Positions 62,301 to 64,000 of a stretch of 64,000 bases of DNA are shown piece after piece (within the stretch, counting starts at the first letter, position 1; every line of letters begins with the position of its first letter). The translations under genes and the position numbers were made by a program. This stretch comes from Bacteroidota bacterium (GTDB lineage: Bacteria > Bacteroidota > Bacteroidia > Flavobacteriales_E > Vicingaceae). A model generated the notes under the pieces. It made no database searches. It saw only the letters and a program-made list of their open reading frames with translations, and was not told the DNA's origin. The stretch spans positions 1,122 through 65,121 of the forward strand of contig JACPDX010000034.1 of assembly GCA_016183805.1 (NCBI GenBank), read 5' to 3'.

Positions 62301-62400
62301 CGAGATATATGAAAATATGAATGTTGAGGTTATTGATTTGTACGATAAAAATAATCTCCCTTCAGGAACAACAGTAAAAATTAAAATAGCATTAACCTAA
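59398..62400 (+). CDS. LytS-type sensor histidine kinase with periplasmic beta-propeller and Y_Y_Y domains
   Basis: YTVEDGLPSS and DSKGYIWF propeller repeats; NYTFEVKAQN (Y_Y_Y); one TM; ALKSQMNPHFIFNTLNSI; PFVENAIWHG; VTDNGIG. Confidence 0.93.
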   Translation: MRKNKHILLILLFLSICKTIFSQTYHYKHYTVEDGLPSSEVYSTFQDSKGYIWFATDAGVSRFNGYEFKNFDVKDGLTDNTVFLIREDSKGRIWFGTFNKKLCYFYNDSIYPFEHNDKILKTIDGHAILNSFAIDKEGTVWMGFALYGMLKCSKNGKAELLSSKEENKLIIYEIDDQQVWTLSRDEAVILNIFKNNIPERQNVKVEYHNKTNVVSLGEFNMLFSSGKTEGSFNFIFHKTDNNKILFFEDSLGFLDLKAKYILNNSVSLKNMFHNRILSTSSFDDCLWICVENEGIYQFKTVNQQLIFEENISINKLVSRIFKDASGGYWITTLNEGVYYLKTRKFKHENYILSSIDINPENKLIYLGLKDKRLIQKSISIKNSTTKQIAKFDDIPNTILYDNKDKSILSDGYFNYFKKNYKNGTSKKINVIHPSTKAFIIDSNLIYRVNSNGLSKIVDDKEVYYSFVEGKERYWCTSLVKDGKRIWIGTNDGLVCFDGDTYKITEPFKNHKLLKTSITCLEKLNNDIILIGTKSFGLLLMQNEKIIAVVNQKKGLASDLVRCIHIDHQHEIWVGTNKGLSRLNYKSPENFNIQNITTNHGLISNEISHIRSYKNTIFLVTPKNLVEFDKTNLTINKTPLPIYITKFKVNDVEKDLKKNPSIELSYDENRIDIHFESLNYKSLGDINYKYRLLDVDTTWQNTSQTTVSFYALPPDNYTFEVKAQNEDGFWSKPATYSFKIKPPFWLTWWFIGFEVVFIILILMIIFKYREAQLLIKSKNLQRMAENEKKIMELELKALKSQMNPHFIFNTLNSIQHFISTNNFKDSNRYITNFSRLIRMVLNQSDKSYITLREETEMLKLYLSLEQVRFSNEFEFVINFDDSIDLDFDKIPPMLLQPFVENAIWHGLMNKKEKGHIEIKFIIDGDYLLCTVTDNGIGRVAAEEIKATRKIQNKSVGMTITKERLNIINSEIYENMNVEVIDLYDKNNLPSGTTVKIKIALT

Positions 62401-62410
62401 ATTAAAAATT

Positions 62411-63166
62411 ATGATAAATGCAGTAATAATTGATGATGAAGAAAAATCAAGAAAAATTTTAATACGATTGATTAATGAAATAACTGATGATGTAAAGATT
62501 GTTGGAGAGGCAGGTTCTGTTAATGATGGTTTTAGTGTTATCAATCAATTAAATCCGGATTTAATTTTTTTAGACATTGAAATGCTTGATGGAACAGGGT
62601 TTAATTTATTAGAGAAATTTGCAGAAATTAAGTTCGATATTATTTTTACCACAGCCTACGATCAATATGCCATACTTGCATTTAAATATAGTGCCTTAGA
62701 TTATTTGCTAAAGCCCATTAATATTGACGAATTGGAAAATGCTATTTCCAGAGTTAAAAAGGATGAAACAAGTGTTCATGATAAATATGCTTTGATAGAA
62801 AATTTGTTACAAAACATGACATTAAATTCAACGCCCCAACGCATAGCAATAAAAGGAGCAAACTCAATTGATTATATTAATATCAATGAAATTCTTTATT
62901 GTACGACAGACTTGTATTTGACTGAATTTAACATGTTAAATGGTTCTAAAGTCTACTCTATAAAAACGTTAAAAGATTATGAAGAATTATTGGATGAAGA
63001 CACTTTTTTTAGAATAAGTAAATCCCATTTAATCAATTCAAACTTTGTGGCTTCTTATAAAAAAGACACCTCCATTGTAAAAATGTCGAATAATTTTGAG
63101 ATTGAAATAACCAGAAGGAGGAAGAGAGAATTTATAGAGTTTATGGACAAAAAATTGATGAATTAG
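62411..63166 (+). CDS. LytTR-family response regulator
   Basis: IIDDE, FLDIEM (phospho-Asp), FTTAY, DYLLKP; LytTR FFRISKSHLIN. Confidence 0.94.
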   Translation: MINAVIIDDEEKSRKILIRLINEITDDVKIVGEAGSVNDGFSVINQLNPDLIFLDIEMLDGTGFNLLEKFAEIKFDIIFTTAYDQYAILAFKYSALDYLLKPINIDELENAISRVKKDETSVHDKYALIENLLQNMTLNSTPQRIAIKGANSIDYININEILYCTTDLYLTEFNMLNGSKVYSIKTLKDYEELLDEDTFFRISKSHLINSNFVASYKKDTSIVKMSNNFEIEITRRRKREFIEFMDKKLMN

Positions 63167-64000
63167 TGGTAAAAATGGTTGATTTGTTGTAAAACAATTT
63201 TTTCATCAAATTGTTTCATCACAGTTTCTTTTGCGTTTGTTTTCAACTTATTTTTCAAAATATCATCATGTAGTAAATTGTTGAGGTGACCGGTTAATTC
63301 ATTTACATCGCCTGGTTCAAAAAGAAGTCCGTTTTCGCCTGATGTAATTACTTCCGGAACTCCCGAAATATTGGAAGCTATTACCGCACAATCAGACAAC
63401 ATAGCCTGAACAAATACCAACCCCAAACATTCTATTTTTGAGATGGTGGTGAAAATAAAAATATCGGCTAACGAGTAAAATTCAAATAAATCCGATTCAG
63501 AAACAGCTCCCGGAAATAAGCATTGATTTTCCAGATGGGCTTCCCTGGCAATGCTTTTTAATTCATCATAAAAACCATAATCAGGACCAACAAACACAAA
63601 CATAATGTCTTTATCTAAATCTTTAATATTTTTAGCCGCTTGTAAAATTAAATCAGGGGCTTTTCTTCGCATCATTTGCCCAACAAATAAAATACATCTT
63701 TTACCTTTAAGTTGAGGATGTTTTTCTAAAATAGTTGAAAAATTGTTTGCATTGTTGTTAAACTTATCAATATCACAAACATGATAGGTTAAATGAATTT
63801 TTTCTTTAGAAATTTTAAACTCATCAATCACAGATTGGCAGTATTTTGTGGGGCTCGATATTTTAGTGGCAAAAGCTAAAACATCCTTGGTAATTTTATT
63901 AAATTGCATAGAATATTCATCAATACGTTCAATTTCGTCTTTGTGAGGAACTAATTCTCCAAACGTTGTTAGTAATAATGGAATGTTATATTTTTTAGAT
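63163..64000 (-). CDS. GT4-family glycosyltransferase, 5'-truncated by window edge
   Basis: Frame open from the window end (SKKYNIPLLLTTFGE...); FVGQMMRRKA, ECLGLVFVQAM, SNISGVPEVI, NGLLFEPGD. Confidence 0.9.
   Translation of the reverse strand, partial: SKKYNIPLLLTTFGELVPHKDEIERIDEYSMQFNKITKDVLAFATKISSPTKYCQSVIDEFKISKEKIHLTYHVCDIDKFNNNANNFSTILEKHPQLKGKRCILFVGQMMRRKAPDLILQAAKNIKDLDKDIMFVFVGPDYGFYDELKSIAREAHLENQCLFPGAVSESDLFEFYSLADIFIFTTISKIECLGLVFVQAMLSDCAVIASNISGVPEVITSGENGLLFEPGDVNELTGHLNNLLHDDILKNKLKTNAKETVMKQFDEKIVLQQINHFYH

Overview
AT-rich bacterial chromosome segment from a Bacteroidota genome, most likely Flavobacteriales (inferred from TAnnTTTG promoters, T9SS genes and Flavobacteriales-type gltA/greA). 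It holds about 45 CDS and one tRNA-Leu(UAG); the first and last CDS are cut by the window edges. Housekeeping blocks are tRNA-Leu-tig-clpP, eno, gltA, lpxK-PNP-udk-M1 peptidase-lpxH-merR, greA-HIT, ruvC and folA. Two three-gene T9SS cargo plus dedicated shuttle modules stand out. The first is TonB-dependent receptor + 1399-aa type-A-CTD protein + PorV-like barrel, with no SusD. The second is a 1513-aa PKD type-B-CTD protein + TPR/PD40 protein + PorP/SprF. An orphan 825-aa type-A cargo shares an exact bipartite upstream motif (ACACAAAAC-N13-ACCGTTAA) with the receptor operon. A 182-bp MITE-like element has 15-bp ACCC-ended terminal inverted repeats, a 7-bp target duplication and a nested palindromic core. 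A polysaccharide locus (GT4, wzx, heparinase II/III-like, asnB-like) is interrupted by an oppositely oriented LytS/LytTR two-component pair. Four coding lesions are visible: exonuclease ExoI deletion, PorV-like 3' frameshift, wzx frameshift and an ATT start. These may be real or assembly errors. Family calls come from motif recognition in the translations; no database searches were run.
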